Below, in pieces: positions 1 through 16,941 of a DNA stretch of 64,000 nt. Location of the stretch: the NCBI RefSeq assembly GCF_009914755.1, contig NC_060936.1; one strand, 5' to 3'. The notes below the pieces were generated by a model. That model was not told where the DNA came from. It was given only the letters and a program-made list of their open reading frames with translations, and made no database searches. Each line of letters begins with the position of its first letter. Positions within the stretch are counted from its first letter, which is position 1. Made by a program: the position numbers and the translations under genes. Source of the stretch: the human T2T-CHM13v2.0 reference genome, Homo sapiens.

Positions 1-2437
<2,437 letters not shown>

Positions 2438-2733
2438 ACTAAAGCTTTTCCAGAACACATGTATGAATTTTTATATTCTCAACTTGAAAAGTCCTTTCTA
2501 AACATCAAAAAATCCAGAATTTGTAAATAAAAATATTTGGTAAATTTAATTGTATAAAAATTAAAACCTTACACATAACTATATCATTATAGCAATGTTA
2601 AAAGAGAAATTATAAACTGTGGAAAATGTGTGGATTTCATACGGTAAAATAGACAAACTATCTTAATGTATAAAGAGTTTTCTTGTATAAAGAGTAAAAT
2701 TATTAAGCTTTATATTAAACTTTATGTATTTAA

Positions 2734-3226
<493 letters not shown>

Positions 3227-3830
3227 GTCATTATCATTTTCCTACTGATTAGTGATATCGACTGCCTTTTCATGTGCTTATTGGCCATTTGTATATTTTC
3301 TTTGGAGAAGTGTGCATTCAAGTCCTTTGCCCACTATTTAATCAAGTTGTTTGTTTTGTTGCTGTTGTTGAGTTGGGAGTTCTTCACATATTCTGGATAT
3401 TAACCACTTAGCAGATATGTGATTGGCAAATATTTTCTCTCAGTCTCTGGGTTGCCTTTTTACTCTGTTTATCAGGTTTTTTGATGTACAAAAGTTTTTA
3501 ATTTTTATATACTCCAATTTATTTATTTATTTTCATTTGTTGACTGTGTTTTTGGTGTCATACCAAGAAATGGTTGCCAAATCCAATGTCATGAGGCTGT
3601 TCCACTATTTCCTCCTAAGAGTTTTATAGTCTTAGGTCTTAAGGTCCTAAGTTTAGTCTTTGATCTACTTTAAGTTAGTTTGTGTATATGGGGTAAGGTA
3701 AGAGTCCAGCTTCATTCTTTTGCATGTGGATAACCAGTTTTCCCATAGTATTTGTTGCAAAGACCATCCTTTTCCCCACTGAGTGTTCTTGGCACCCTTA
3801 GTGAAAATTATTTGACCATATATACTGCAA
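3227..3830 (-). mobile_element. Old L1M ORF2 3' fragment
   Basis: Minus-strand L1 ORF2-like peptide (WENWLSTCKRMKLDSYLTPY). Confidence 0.85.
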
Positions 3831-4212
3831 GGGCATTTTAAGAGAAGTGGAAATGGAGCTAAACATTGACAGCTGGGTACTATTAAATGTTCAGCATAAA
3901 GTACAGAGGGCATTTATATAAGGAGGCACCTTAGGTAATGTATGAAAGTAGGTAGAAGGAATCATAGTGGCTTCAGAAAACAGAGACTCAATTGAGAGAG
4001 GAATTGAGTTGGTGAGCAGTGGGGGTTCCTAACTAAGGTAAAGTCAAGTAGTAGAGGAACTTAAATAGTAGATTTTTGCCCAGGGAACTAATATGAAGGA
4101 AGCCAAGATACAGAAGATTAATCTGATTGTAAAGAGATGAGGGGAGAGGTAGTTTTCATCAGGCTAAGTGAGCAGTTAGTGATTTTAAAACATGAACAGG
4201 GGTGATATCAGA

Positions 4213-7005
4213 TGCCAGCAAGATGGCACAATAGGATTTCCAGAGTGAAGAAAGCCCATAGGACTTATGGGACACTTTCAAGAAAACCAATGTACACATG
4301 TGTGTGTCCCAGAAGGATAGAGAAAGTCAGAGGCAAAGAGCTTATTAAAAACAAAACACACACACACACACACACAATGGAAAACCCCCAAATTCAGAGA
4401 AGGGAATGTTCATTGAGCCCAGGAGTTCCAGATTTATGAAGCCCAAAGAACCCCAAATAGATTAAATGTAAAGAGATCTTCACCAAGACACATTATAATC
4501 AAATTCTCAAAAGTCAAAGAAGGAGAGGATTTTGAAAGCATGAAGAGAAAAAGCAACTTGTCACATGTAAAAGAACCCACATAAGCGTTCAGCAGCTTCC
4601 TCAGCAGAAACCTTGCAGGCCGGGAGAGAATAGGATGATATATTCAAAGTGCTGCAAGGAAAAAAAAAAAAAGCCAAACAAGAATACTACATGTGGTAAG
4701 GCTGTCCTTCAGAAATGTAAGGTAGATAAGGACTTTTCCAGACAGACAAAAGCTGTGGGAGTTAATCACCATGAGATCTACCTTTCAAGAATGCTAAAGG
4801 GAATTCTTCACGTTAAACTGAAAGGGTGCCAATTAACAAATGGAAATATAAAACTTTCTGTAAAGATAAGAATATAGTCAAATTCAAAATACTCTAATAC
4901 TGTAATGGTAGTACATAAATCACTTTGAATTCTAATAGAAAAGTTAAAAGACAAAAGTATTAAAAATAATTATAGCTACAATAATTTGTTAATGAATACA
5001 TGATATGTAAAAGATATCAATTGTGACATCAGTAACATAAAATGTGGAGAGAAATAAAGTGTAGAGTTTTTATGTGCAGCTGAAGTTAAATTATCAGCTT
5101 AAAATGTCCTGTTATAATGACAAGGTATTTTATGTAGGCTTCCTAATAACTACAAATAAGTTCTTTTTCCAAGAAAAAGAAAAAGGAATCAAAGCATACC
5201 ACTACAAAAAAATCATCAAATCACAAAGGAAGACAGTAAGAGAGGAAGAATGGAACAAAGGAACTACAAAACAGAGAACAATGAACAATATAGCCTAGTA
5301 GGTACTTTACTATCAGTAATTACATATAAATGGATTAAATTATTCAATCAAAGACAGAGTGGCTGAATGGATTTAAAAAATAAGATCCAACTGTGTGCTG
5401 CAACCAGTGACTCAATTTAGTTTTAAGGACACACATAGGCCAAAAGTGAAGGGATGGAAAAAGATATTCCATCCAAATGATAACCAAGAGAGAACAGGGG
5501 TGACCATACTTATGTTAGACAGAATAGATGTTAAGTCAAAAACTAAGCTGGGCATGGTGGCACACACCGGTAGTACCAGCCATTTGGAAGGATGACAGGA
5601 GGATCACTTGAGCCCAGGAGTTCAAGGCTGTAGTGCACTGTTACCATACCTGTGAATGACCACTGCACTCCAGCATGGGCAACAGCAAGACCCTGTCTTG
5701 AAAAACATGCAAAAAAAAAACTCCCCTGCAAAACTGTCATGAGACAAAGAAGATCATTATATAATGATGAAGGGGTCAATTCAAGAGGATATAACAATTG
5801 AAAATATATATGCACTCAACACTTGAACACCTAAATGTATAAAGCAAATATTAACCAAATTGAAGGGACAAATATACAGCAATACAATATTAGTAGGGGA
5901 CCTCAAAACCTCAGTTTCAACAATGGATAGACCATTCAAACAACATCAATATGGAAACAGTGGACTTGACTAAAGACGTGAACACTCCATCTGATGGCAG
6001 CAGAATACACGTTCTTTTCAAGTGCACATGGAGCACTCTCCAGGATAGGTGATATATTAGGCCACAAAACAAGTCTTAAAAAATTTAAGAGCATGGAAGT
6101 CCTATCAGGTGTCTTTTCTGGCCACAATGGTAAGAAACTAGAAGTCAGTAACAAGAGGAAAATCGTAAGAGTCACAAATATGTGCAATTTAAACAACACA
6201 TACCTGAACAACCAGTGGGTCAAAGAAGAAATCAAAGGGGAAATTTAAAAATCTTGAGAAAAATGAAAGTGGAAACACAACATATCAAAGCGTATGGAAT
6301 GCAGTAAAAAGCAGTTCTAAGAGGGACGTTTATAGCAATAAATACCTATGTTAAGAAAAAAACCCTAGCTTTACACCTCCAGAAACTAGAAACAGTACAA
6401 ACTAAGTCCAAAGTCAACAGAAGGAAGGAAATTATCAGAGCAGAAACAGATTGAATCAAGATTAGAAAAACAATAGAAATGACTGATGAAACTGAGTTGG
6501 GTTTTTGAAAAATAAAATTGATAAACCATTAGCTAGACTAAGAAAAAAAAGAGAGAAGTCTGAAATTATAAATAGTGACAATATGAATGAACTCGCAGGA
6601 CATTATGCTAAGTGAAATAAGCCAGATACAGAATGAAACATACTGCATCATCTCTCTTATGTGCAGAATCTTAGAAAAAAAAAGCTGACTAAATAAAAAT
6701 AGAGTAGATAGGTGTTCACTAGAGGCAGGGAGGGCATGGAAATGGGGAGAAGTAAATCAAAAGGTACAAATTTGCCATTAGGTAGAATGAGTAAGTCTAC
6801 AGATCGAATGTGCAGCATGAGAACTAACTATAGTTAATAATGTTATATACTGAAGATTTGCTAGGAGAGTAGGTTTTAGGTGCTGGCAACATACACATAC
6901 ACACAGGTAACTGTGGGAGGTGATGAATATGTAAATTTATTTAACTGCAGCAATCATTTTACTATGTATATGTACAGTATACCATCGTATTGTACACCTC
7001 AATGT
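4213..7005 (+). mobile_element. Old L1M element with internal deletions (ORF1 3' half, ORF2 endonuclease region, 3'UTR)
   Basis: L1 ORF1/ORF2 remnants (KDTHRPKVKGWKKIF; AAEYTFFSSAHG); jump to L1M 3'UTR near 6572. Confidence 0.85.
5546..5720 (+). mobile_element. Alu monomer (FRAM/FLAM-like) inside L1M
   Basis: Single Alu arm with A-tail; flanks CAAAAACT / CAAAACT. Confidence 0.85.
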
Positions 7006-7527
7006 CAACTGCCTTCTTGGGAACACATAAAGACATAAAGTTGTGTTTATGCCATTTTTTTCTCTATGTATGTGTTTCATTGATTTTTACCTGAGGATGA
7101 CCTATTATAGTAAAAATATGGCACATTTTCCACTTTAAAAAGATTCCAGAATGTTAGTAAATCTTTCCTTACTCTTGGTTCTGCCATTTGGTATCTTGAG
7201 GAGGAGCTGATTTTTGACATGAGCACCTGTTTTAAACTGTGCTGTGTTATTCTATTAACACATGCTATATTGACAGATGATACGATTTACTCAAGAGCTT
7301 TTACCTCAGAGCTTTGTTTTTCTATTTATCATGGAGTGTTTTTCAGCATTCCATAGTCAAAAATAAGCCTGGCACCTAGTAAGTCAGTCTAATTGTGAAA
7401 CCTGCTATGATACTCAGTTTCAAGTTCCTCACTGTATTTTTATTAGTAGATTATTATGTATTTAGAGGAGAAAATTTCCTTCTAAAATATGTAAAATTAA
7501 AAATGTTTTATGTATCACTTTTTAAAG

Positions 7528-7606
7528 GTTACAGTCTTCTTCATACCTTGATGATTCGAGTCCAACAGGTTTAATGAAAGATACTCATACTGTAAACTGC
7601 AGGAGT
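7528..7606 (+). CDS. BMAL2: BMAL2 coding exon, third from last: (R)LQSSSYLDDSSPTGLMKDTHTVNCRS
   Basis: TTTTTAAAG| acceptor, |GTAAGT donor at 7607; 79 nt; phase joins in frame to the next exon; peptide recognised as BMAL2/ARNTL2. Confidence 0.93.
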
Positions 7607-7759
7607 GTAAGTATACTTGTAAATGATAATATTCATGAAATAAATGAACAATAAAATTTGCCCCTTGTTGATTATTTCTTTTAAGAAAAGAAGCCATTCT
7701 GTCAAAAAAAAAATGAACCCATTTTGATCACTCAGTGATTTTTAAGTGGCTTTGTGGAA

Positions 7760-8005
7760 TAGTAGTTAAGAATGAAGTTGCTGGAAGCATAGTATCTGAG
7801 TCCAAGTTATGACACTTACTGGGATGTAACCTCAGACTTTTACTTAAACTCTCTGTGCCTCAATTTTCTCATTCATAAAGTAAGAATAATAATATCACTG
7901 ATTTTGAGGGTTGTGAGAATTAAGAGCTTAAATACATGAACAAAAACTCTTAGAACAGTGCCTAGCACACAGTAAGTGCTAAATAAATGGTAGCTCTTAT
8001 TATTG
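7760..8005 (+). mobile_element. MIR
   Basis: MIR core CTCTGTGCCTCAATTTTCTCAT and 3' end ACAGTGCCTAGCACACAGTAAGTGCT. Confidence 0.85.
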
Positions 8006-8334
8006 ATATTGTAATAGGTTCCAATTTAGTAGATTAAATCTACTCCTTGAGGTTTGGAAAAAAAAAGCTTAAATAATACAAGCCACAAGATAAATACCAC
8101 ATACTACTTAATTCAATTGAACAAATACTAGCTATTTGAAATGCATTATTGTATATACAAAAATTACTAAACCTAGTGCTATCTGGAAGACTAAAATACA
8201 GTATAATTGTAATTTAGCACAGACAACAAAAAGCTCTAAAGCAGGTCTGTAAATCAAGCAGTATAAGACTACAGGAGAAAGGAGAAATTTTATCTGACCA
8301 GGGACAGACAGAAACTTGAAAATACAAATATCAG

Positions 8335-8632
8335 AGCCAGGCATGGTGGCTTGTGCCTATAATCCCAGCTACTCAGGAGGCTGAGGTGGGAAGATCACTT
8401 GAGGCCAGGAGTCCAAGACCGGCCTGGGCAATACAGTGAGACCTCCTTTCTAAAAAAGATTTTTTAAAATACTAGCCAGGCATGGTGGCACATGCCTGTA
8501 ATCCCCGCTACTGCAGGAGGCTGAGTCAGGAGGATCACTTGAGCCCAGAAGTTTCAGGCTGAAGTGAGCTATAATCACACCACTGCACTAGCCTGAGCGG
8601 CAGACTGCAACTGTCTAAAAGCAAAAAAAGAA
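8335..8632 (+). mobile_element. AluJ-like
   Basis: Dimeric Alu; TSD-like flanks AAATACAAATATCA / AAATATAAATGTCA. Confidence 0.92.
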
Positions 8633-9370
8633 AATATAAATGTCATGTCTTTTTATACAAATATCATGTCTTCTGCTTTATTATTTATTCATTTTTTTCA
8701 TACAGTTAGCACGTGTTTATTAGGTATCCATTTTGCGTGAGGCAGGATGCGAGAAACAGATTTATGTGGTAGTAAAAATGTCTAAGTAGTGTACGTTATG
8801 TAAGCATTCTATAGATAAAGTATGTCAACTTGAGACAATATAGGCAAATGATTTCCTGTTTTATGAGCTACATGGATTATTAGATTGTTTGGCCTGTAAC
8901 TATATAACAGTATAAGAACTTTTCAGTAACAGCATTTGGTTTAATGTTTCCCACTCCAAAGCAATATTTCCCATAGTAGTTTTATATGAGGTATAGTTTT
9001 GCCATCATTTTATAAAAACAGAAATAAACTTTGACCCCAAGCATTTGTGGACGTGAACTTTTTCTTCTTCATCCAAAACTTTTCCTTACATATGCACCTT
9101 CAGTTATGGCTCTTAAGAATGCAGGCTTTGGAGTCAGGTAGACTTGAGTTAGAATCATGGCTTCAACACCTTGGGCAAGATATCCCTTTAGGCCTCAGAT
9201 TTATGATGTGTAATATAGCTGCCTCACGGTATCTGAGAAATGAGATGAGATGATGCAGGTGGAGAGCTTGGCACATGGTCCTCGGGAAAAGCAAGCTTCC
9301 ATATTGATGGTGGCAGTTGTAGCATTGGTGGCAGGCCCATGTCTGATAACTGCTAAAAAGTATTTATCTT

Positions 9371-9855
<485 letters not shown>

Positions 9856-9977
9856 GTAAGTTTTCTTTGGGAACTGCTGACCATTTTCGTTTATCAAAAC
9901 CCCCCTCTTAATCACTATGTTTTCAGGCACAGGAAATTTGTAGAGAAGCAGATAGTTTTAAAACTAAGGTTTTTTTC

Positions 9978-10290
9978 AGTTGAGCACATTGGCTCACACC
10001 TGTAATCCCAGCACTTTGGGAGGCCAAGGCAGGAGGATTGCTTGAGGCTAGAAGTTCAAACCAGCCTGGCACACATAGCAATAACCCATCCCTACGAAAA
10101 AAAAATTGTTTTAATTAGCTAGGCATGATGGCTCATGTCTATAGTCTTAGCTACTTAGGAGGCTAAGGCAGGAGGATTGCTTGAGCCCAGGAGTTCAAGG
10201 CTGCAGTGAGCTGTAATTGTACCACTGCACTCCAGCCTGGGTGACAGAGTGAGACCTTGTCTGAAAAAAAAAAGTAAATAAATAAATAAA
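9978..10290 (+). mobile_element. AluJ-like
   Basis: Dimeric Alu with A-rich tail. Confidence 0.92.
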
Positions 10291-10355
10291 TATTTTTTTT
10301 GTTCGAAATTCTAAATAACAATAATTGTACTCAATCTTAAAATGGATGCTACCAT

Positions 10356-10654
<299 letters not shown>

Positions 10655-10881
10655 TTACTTAATGGTTCTGTCATTAAGAATTCAGTTATCAATGGAATCA
10701 GCTATGAGTATTGGTAAATACACAATTTAATTAAAACCAAGGTATTTCTATCTAGGAAAAAAGGTCCATTCTCAAGAATTACCGAGAATTCATAAAGGAT
10801 AGAAGTCAAAAAAGTTTAAGATGTAATCATTCATTTTAACAATGTTTATGCAAAGTCCAGATCAAGTAAATTGAGTGACAT

Positions 10882-11278
10882 GGTATTTTAGTCTGTTTTA
10901 TGCTGCTATAACAGAATACCACAGATGGAGTAATTTGTAATAAACAGAAATTATTTGGCTCACAGTTCTGGGGACTGGGAAGTCCAAGAGTATAGTGCAG
11001 GCATCTTATGAGGACCTTCATGCTTCATCTTCCCATGGCGGAAGGCAGAAGGGCAAGAGAGGGTAAGAGCAAGAAAGCAAGATGTGGGAAAACTCACTTT
11101 TATCACAAACTCCCTCTTGAGATAACTAACCAACTCCCATGATAATGACAGTCCATTCATGAGCACAAAGGCCTCATGACCTAATTACCTTGTATCAGGC
11201 CTCACTTCTCAACACCATTGCATTGGGGATTAAGTTTCCAACACATGAATTTTAGTGTACAAATTCAAACTATTGTAT
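10882..11278 (-). mobile_element. MaLR solo LTR (MST family)
   Basis: TTAGTCTGTTTTATGCTGCTATAACAGAATACC ... CTCATGACCTAATTACC ... TTTCCAACACATGAAT, typical of MST LTRs. Confidence 0.88.
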
Positions 11279-11672
11279 ATAGTTTCATATCCTCCATGAC
11301 TGACATTGCTCTGCTAAAGCATACACTAAAGAGAAGCAAAGGACTTGAAGGAATTTGGATATCCACTTTAAACACACATAGAGCCATATATTTATTATCT
11401 GAAGTTCCACTGTACTTTGACACATATATACAAACCTTTGGTTAGTCTTTATCTGCATTTTAACCCTTAATTTCTAGAACCTTTTATCTCTAAATTAATT
11501 ATCATCTCCATGGTTCCTACTTACTTCCTTTTTCAATAAAAATCTGATTTATCTCCCTTTTATAAGAAAATTCCAAATCTTTAGAAGATGCTTCTGTCTC
11601 AGGCTTCTCATTTCAGTATTAAACAGATAGGGTTTTTTCATAAGCAGATTAAATTTTCTCCTTCCAGGGTTT

Positions 11673-11679
11673 GCGCGCG

Positions 11680-11720
<41 letters not shown>
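11673..11720. repeat. Compound microsatellite (GC)8(AC)16
   Basis: Read directly from sequence. Confidence 0.98.
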
Positions 11721-11725
<5 letters not shown>

Positions 11726-12067
11726 TACACTAAATTTCCTAGCTTCCTTCCAGCTCTCTGAGAGTCTGTACCCTTTAGCAGTGTAATTTCCTATTAGAAA
11801 ACTCATAGACTAGCTTACTTCTCTGTAGCAGATGAATTAGGTGCAATTTATCTGACAGAAGATTGTTATAAAACTAGGTAACCCATTTAAAAATACATCA
11901 GCCATCTGCAGCTTAAGATATATACTTTGCCTTCAAAAATACATTTTATGGTTTTCTAGCCTTGCTTTGCCATTTTTTATCACAATCATTTTTTAACCTC
12001 AAAATGTGTGAAATGTATGACTTTACTGATCACCTTTACTTACACAGGCCTGTATTTTAATTCATAG

Positions 12068-12204
12068 GTGATGGTGCACAGTTGGATTTCGATGCCCTAT
12101 GTGACAATGATGACACAGCCATGGCTGCATTTATGAATTACTTAGAAGCAGAGGGGGGCCTGGGAGACCCTGGGGACTTCAGTGACATCCAGTGGACCCT
12201 CTAG
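12068..12204 (+). CDS. BMAL2: BMAL2 terminal coding exon (transactivation domain): (S)DGAQLDFDALCDNDDTAMAAFMNYLEAEGGLGDPGDFSDIQWTL*
   Basis: TTCATAG| acceptor; stop TAG 12202-12204; peptide is the BMAL2 C-terminus, paralogous to BMAL1 ...DFSDLPWPL. Confidence 0.98.
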
Positions 12205-12935
12205 CCTTTGATTTTTAACTCCAAAAATGAGAAACATTTTAAAGCATTTCATTTACGAAAAACTGTCTCAACTATTCTTAAGTACTGTATTGATATTGTT
12301 TGTATCTTTTATTAATGTTCTACCACTTTTTATAGATTTGCATCTTCCTGTCACAGGGATGTGGGGAAATATGTTTTCCTCCCAAGAGAACCAAGTTTAT
12401 TATAGACTCCTTTATTCAGTGAAATGGCTTATAATCCACTAGTTGCCATATTTTTGCTAAAATATTTCTAACCAAGAATACTACTTACATATTGTTTTGG
12501 CTTTGTTTTATTTTTGATGCAGTTTTTTTTAGTTGAGGTAATGTAATATATTGATGTTTTCCTTTGTGTCTAAGATTCATTTATAATAGTAGGTTTGTAT
12601 AATTTGGAACATTTTCCATTCCTTGCGAATTTCCTTAATTGAGGATAGGGCTTACACACTTTAAGAAAACAGTGAGTACTTGAACATTTAAAGGGACAGT
12701 GCAATTTATAGTCATAATCACATTGAATACTGTATTTGATCTTTGGAGACTTAGGCAAGCACAGAGCTGGGATATTTATGCTCAGTTGAGCACTTTAAGA
12801 TGAATTTTAAGTGAGATGATTTCTTACTTAAAACTCAGAAAGTCAAAAGAGTTTCAGCTTTCCTTACAGAAAAGGAAGGATCTTGGGCCCTAGATCTTGG
12901 GGATTAACCTCTGCATATAAGATTTACTCTTAATA

Positions 12936-13313
<378 letters not shown>

Positions 13314-13437
13314 TTAATATAATCACTGAAGATCTCTATTATAGATAGATTAGGTTTTTGACATTGGAAACATACTTAGGGATAGATTTGTCCTAAAGGA
13401 AAAAAGTAGGCCCGGGCAGATTAAATGTCTTGTGTAA

Positions 13438-13471
13438 AGTCACACATTAAATTCAGTCACACATTAAATTC
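13438..13471. repeat. Perfect 17-bp tandem duplication AGTCACACATTAAATTC x2
   Basis: Read directly from sequence. Confidence 0.95.
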
Positions 13472-14985
13472 ATAGAGTTTTAAATGTTTAATGTATATAA
13501 ACCAGTTTCTTTATACACATTTGGGAAAACATTGGTCTCACAGATTAAATGATTAACTAACTGACCCAGGAACTAGTTGTAGCTTTCTAAGTAATTAGGC
13601 AATTACAGTTATTGCCTGTAACCAAAGGTAATAAAACAAAATGACAAGTACATGTTTAAAATTATGAGGCAATGAGAAATAATTTAAAAACCAATTTTCT
13701 AGTTATAATTTAAAATTTGGAGAGCATTTTTAACAGTAATTAATCCAGAGGTGGCTCAAATTGAGTATAAGAATTAAGATTATTTAAAATACTGCATGTC
13801 TACCTTCTCGGGGATCATACTTTATAACACTTTCTGCTTCAGTAGCTCTTCATAGCTTGCCAAGTATGCTCCCATATTTTCTCTCTCGTGCCTCGCAAAT
13901 GAAAGTCAGATAGGCTGGGAACTCATGGGGCAGCCCTCAGACTTCAATGTGGGCTTCAAATCCAGTTTCCTGTTCTATATGGTGCTACATCTTTCCAGAA
14001 AATTTCCCTCAGAGCCCCTCGCCAAAACAAAGCATTATTTTGACCCTGCATGCTATTTCTTTAGCTGTAGGTGATAGATTAGAACTTCTGTCAGACATGT
14101 TAATGACAAACATACCAACAGACAATAACCAAAAGCAAATGTTTCCTTCAAGTGTGAAATGTGCAGGGGCTTCGTGGGCAAGGATGTATTGGCACACTGT
14201 CCTCTTGAACTGATAGTGTCCCAGCAATGTTGGAGGGTTGGCACCATTCCTGGTCCGACACTTGAGGACCTGAGAGACATCAGGTTTAGAATGAGCCAAA
14301 GAAATCCTACAAGATGGGGAGAATTGGTGTGCAGCAGCCTAAGTGTTATAGTTAAGTCTAAAGAAGTATGAAAGATCCCCTGTGTTCTCTAAATTGAGCA
14401 GAGGGGCCTGCCTACCAATATCACTTTTTAGGGGACTGAACCATTGCAGGTTAGACTTGGCTTCCAAAGAGTCTGCCTAAGCCAGGGGTGGCAGGGTAGG
14501 CCATCATAGCTGGATGGCCTCAAAAGCAGATGGGGGCAGACTTGCCCTCGTGATGCCAGGATTTGAGAGGCAGAGTTTCTAGAGGGAGACCAGTGCTGCC
14601 TCTCACAGTGGCAGTTTTTTCTCTTTGCAAGAGGAGGGGCTGTTCAATTCCATAGACCAGTGGGCAGATAGCCAGTTGAATACTCTGTGCATGGTTTGAT
14701 CCTTTATTAGTTCGCTCTAATATTTTTCTGTAGATCCTTTTGTCCTGGACTCAAAATCTAATCCATGCATTGTATGATACCGTAGCTCTCCTAAGGTTTG
14801 TGTTTCCTTCAAAATGTTTTAGTTTTCTTCAACTAAATTTGATTTTTGCTGTTAGAAGTGACATATTTTTATGGTATACACTATGTTCCTTTTTTCTACT
14901 GCGAGTCAATTTTTTGAATTTTCGTGAGAAAGAATATATCTACAAATTGCACGAAAGTATCATAAAAACAGTACTCTAGACTTGA

Positions 14986-15296
14986 CTTTTCTTTTCTTTT
15001 TTTTTTTTTTTTTTTGAGATGGAGTCTCGCTCTATCGCCCAGGCTGGAGTGCAGTGGCGCGATCTTGGCTCACTGCCATCTCTGCCTCCTGGGTTCACGC
15101 CATTCTGCCTCAGCCTCCAGAGCAGCTGGGACCACAGGCGCCCGCCACCACACCTGGCTAATTTTGCTTTGTATTTTCAGTAGAGACGGGGTTTCACCAT
15201 GTTAGCCAGGATGGTCTCGATCTCCTGACCTCGTGATCCGCCCACTTCGGCCTCCCAAAGTGCTGGGATTACAGGCATGAGCCACTGCGCCCGGCC
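14986..15296 (-). mobile_element. AluY/Sc-like in the BMAL2 3'UTR (antisense)
   Basis: Poly-T then reverse Alu; TSD TACTCTAGACTT / TACTCTACACTT. Confidence 0.95.
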
Positions 15297-15538
15297 TACT
15301 CTACACTTTTTTTAACCCTAAGAATTACCACTACAGTAATGTAGTGGAGTGGGAAGAGTGCCTGGAATCAGAAGACCCTGTTGAGGCTGAATTTAGCTGT
15401 ATGACCTCATGCAAGCCATTTAAACTCTGTGCCTCAGCGTCCTCATTTTTAAAAGGAGGTTTGATCTCTATGTTTACTTCCAGCTCTGATTCTGGGATTC
15501 TAATCCACAGGACTTGGGTGTTAGGGTGGAACCTAGAA

Positions 15539-15845
15539 CTGTGCTGTCCAGTGCAGTAGCCACTAGCCACATGTGGCTACTGAGCACTTGCAATGTGGCT
15601 AGTACAAAGTGAGATGTGCTATCAATGTAAGATACATACCAGATTTTGAAGACTAGTATTACCAAAAGAATGTAAAATATCACATTAATAATTTTATATT
15701 AATTACATGTTCAAATGATATTTTGGATATACTGAATTAAAACATTAAAATTAGTTCTACTTGTATCTTTTTACTTTTTTAATGTGGCTAGAAGAAAATA
15801 AAATTATACATGTGGCTCAGATTATATTTCTATTGGACAGCGCTG
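15539..15845. mobile_element. MER33-like hAT-Charlie DNA transposon
   Basis: Termini CTGTGCTGTCCA ... TTGGACAGCGCTG; 8-bp TSD-like ACCTAGAA / CTCTAGAA. Confidence 0.85.
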
Positions 15846-16935
15846 CTCTAGAACATTATATTAAGTGGTTATTATTGAAGTAGACCAAAGTTTATACCAT
15901 AAGGATATTTTTCCTTAAATACCATGTTTGAAGAACAATTATTTATTGATCCTTGAATCTGTAAGATCAAATAACAAGTCTCTATCCATGTTACCAAATT
16001 TAAACTTTTGAAAATAATAAACTTTAAAATATCAGATGTGTTATTACAGGATGATACTTGGAATCAAGTGAAATGAGTTATATGGTCATCACTAAATTTA
16101 GAAATCTATTGTGAAACAAAGACAAACAGGAAAGTACAGAATAGAGACTTTTAGTAAATAAATGGAATTTAAAGGAAAGTGTTTATTTACAGTGTCACGA
16201 CAGAAAAGGATGTCTTTGTTGTCATAGTCTTTGAGGGATCTCCGTAAAATCTGGGGCACAGGTACAAGAAATAGCCAATATTTAGTTCCCAGACCATGTT
16301 TAGTAGTGTCCAGTTTCAGATCATGCTGCCAAGAGGTATCTCCCCCTCAGGTGGGTCATCACTGAGCCCTGGAATTGGAGACTCATACTTGCCCAGCACA
16401 ATGTTACGGGCAGACAGGCCGACATCTATGATTAGCTAGAAGCCATAAAGAAAAGCTGCTAAGTGGCCACTAGGTGCCACTTTTCTGTTTTTGTAATGCT
16501 TTCATTAGCAGATCTTTTTTTTCCAAGCTCCATGGGGCCTATGAGAGGCATTTATGATTTTTGTGCCTACAATAAGTCAGCCTGTCTGGTGTGAGTTGTT
16601 TTATGAGAAATGCTTTCCAAGGGAGGTCTAGGAAGATCCTGACACATAAGAACTTTGGCTTAGAGAGCTTTCCAGGTGTAGTGCCAATAAAAACTGACCT
16701 GGAAAGAAAACCTGCCCAGCACGGAACATGCTTTCTGAACTCACTTGAGAGTGTATGGTGTATGTCACTTCTCATATATTCTTGAGTTTAGATTTGTCTT
16801 TTATACAATTTTTAGCTCTTTTCCAGTTCACTTGTGCTCGTCTGTATATTGGTATTTTTAAATTTTTGTGGTAAATAATGAAAAGAGTGAAATTATATTT
16901 TATAATTACTCATTTGTAGTTTTTTTTTTTAATTT

Positions 16936-16941
16936 AATAAA
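16936..16941 (+). terminator. Likely distal polyadenylation signal of BMAL2
   Basis: AATAAA preceded by TGTA and a T-run, followed by T-rich sequence. Confidence 0.7.

Noticed and set aside
16464-16482. CTCF-like TGGCCACTAGGTGCCACTT in the 3'UTR
   Set aside because: Mismatch at a highly conserved G of the core (GTGCC instead of GTGGC)
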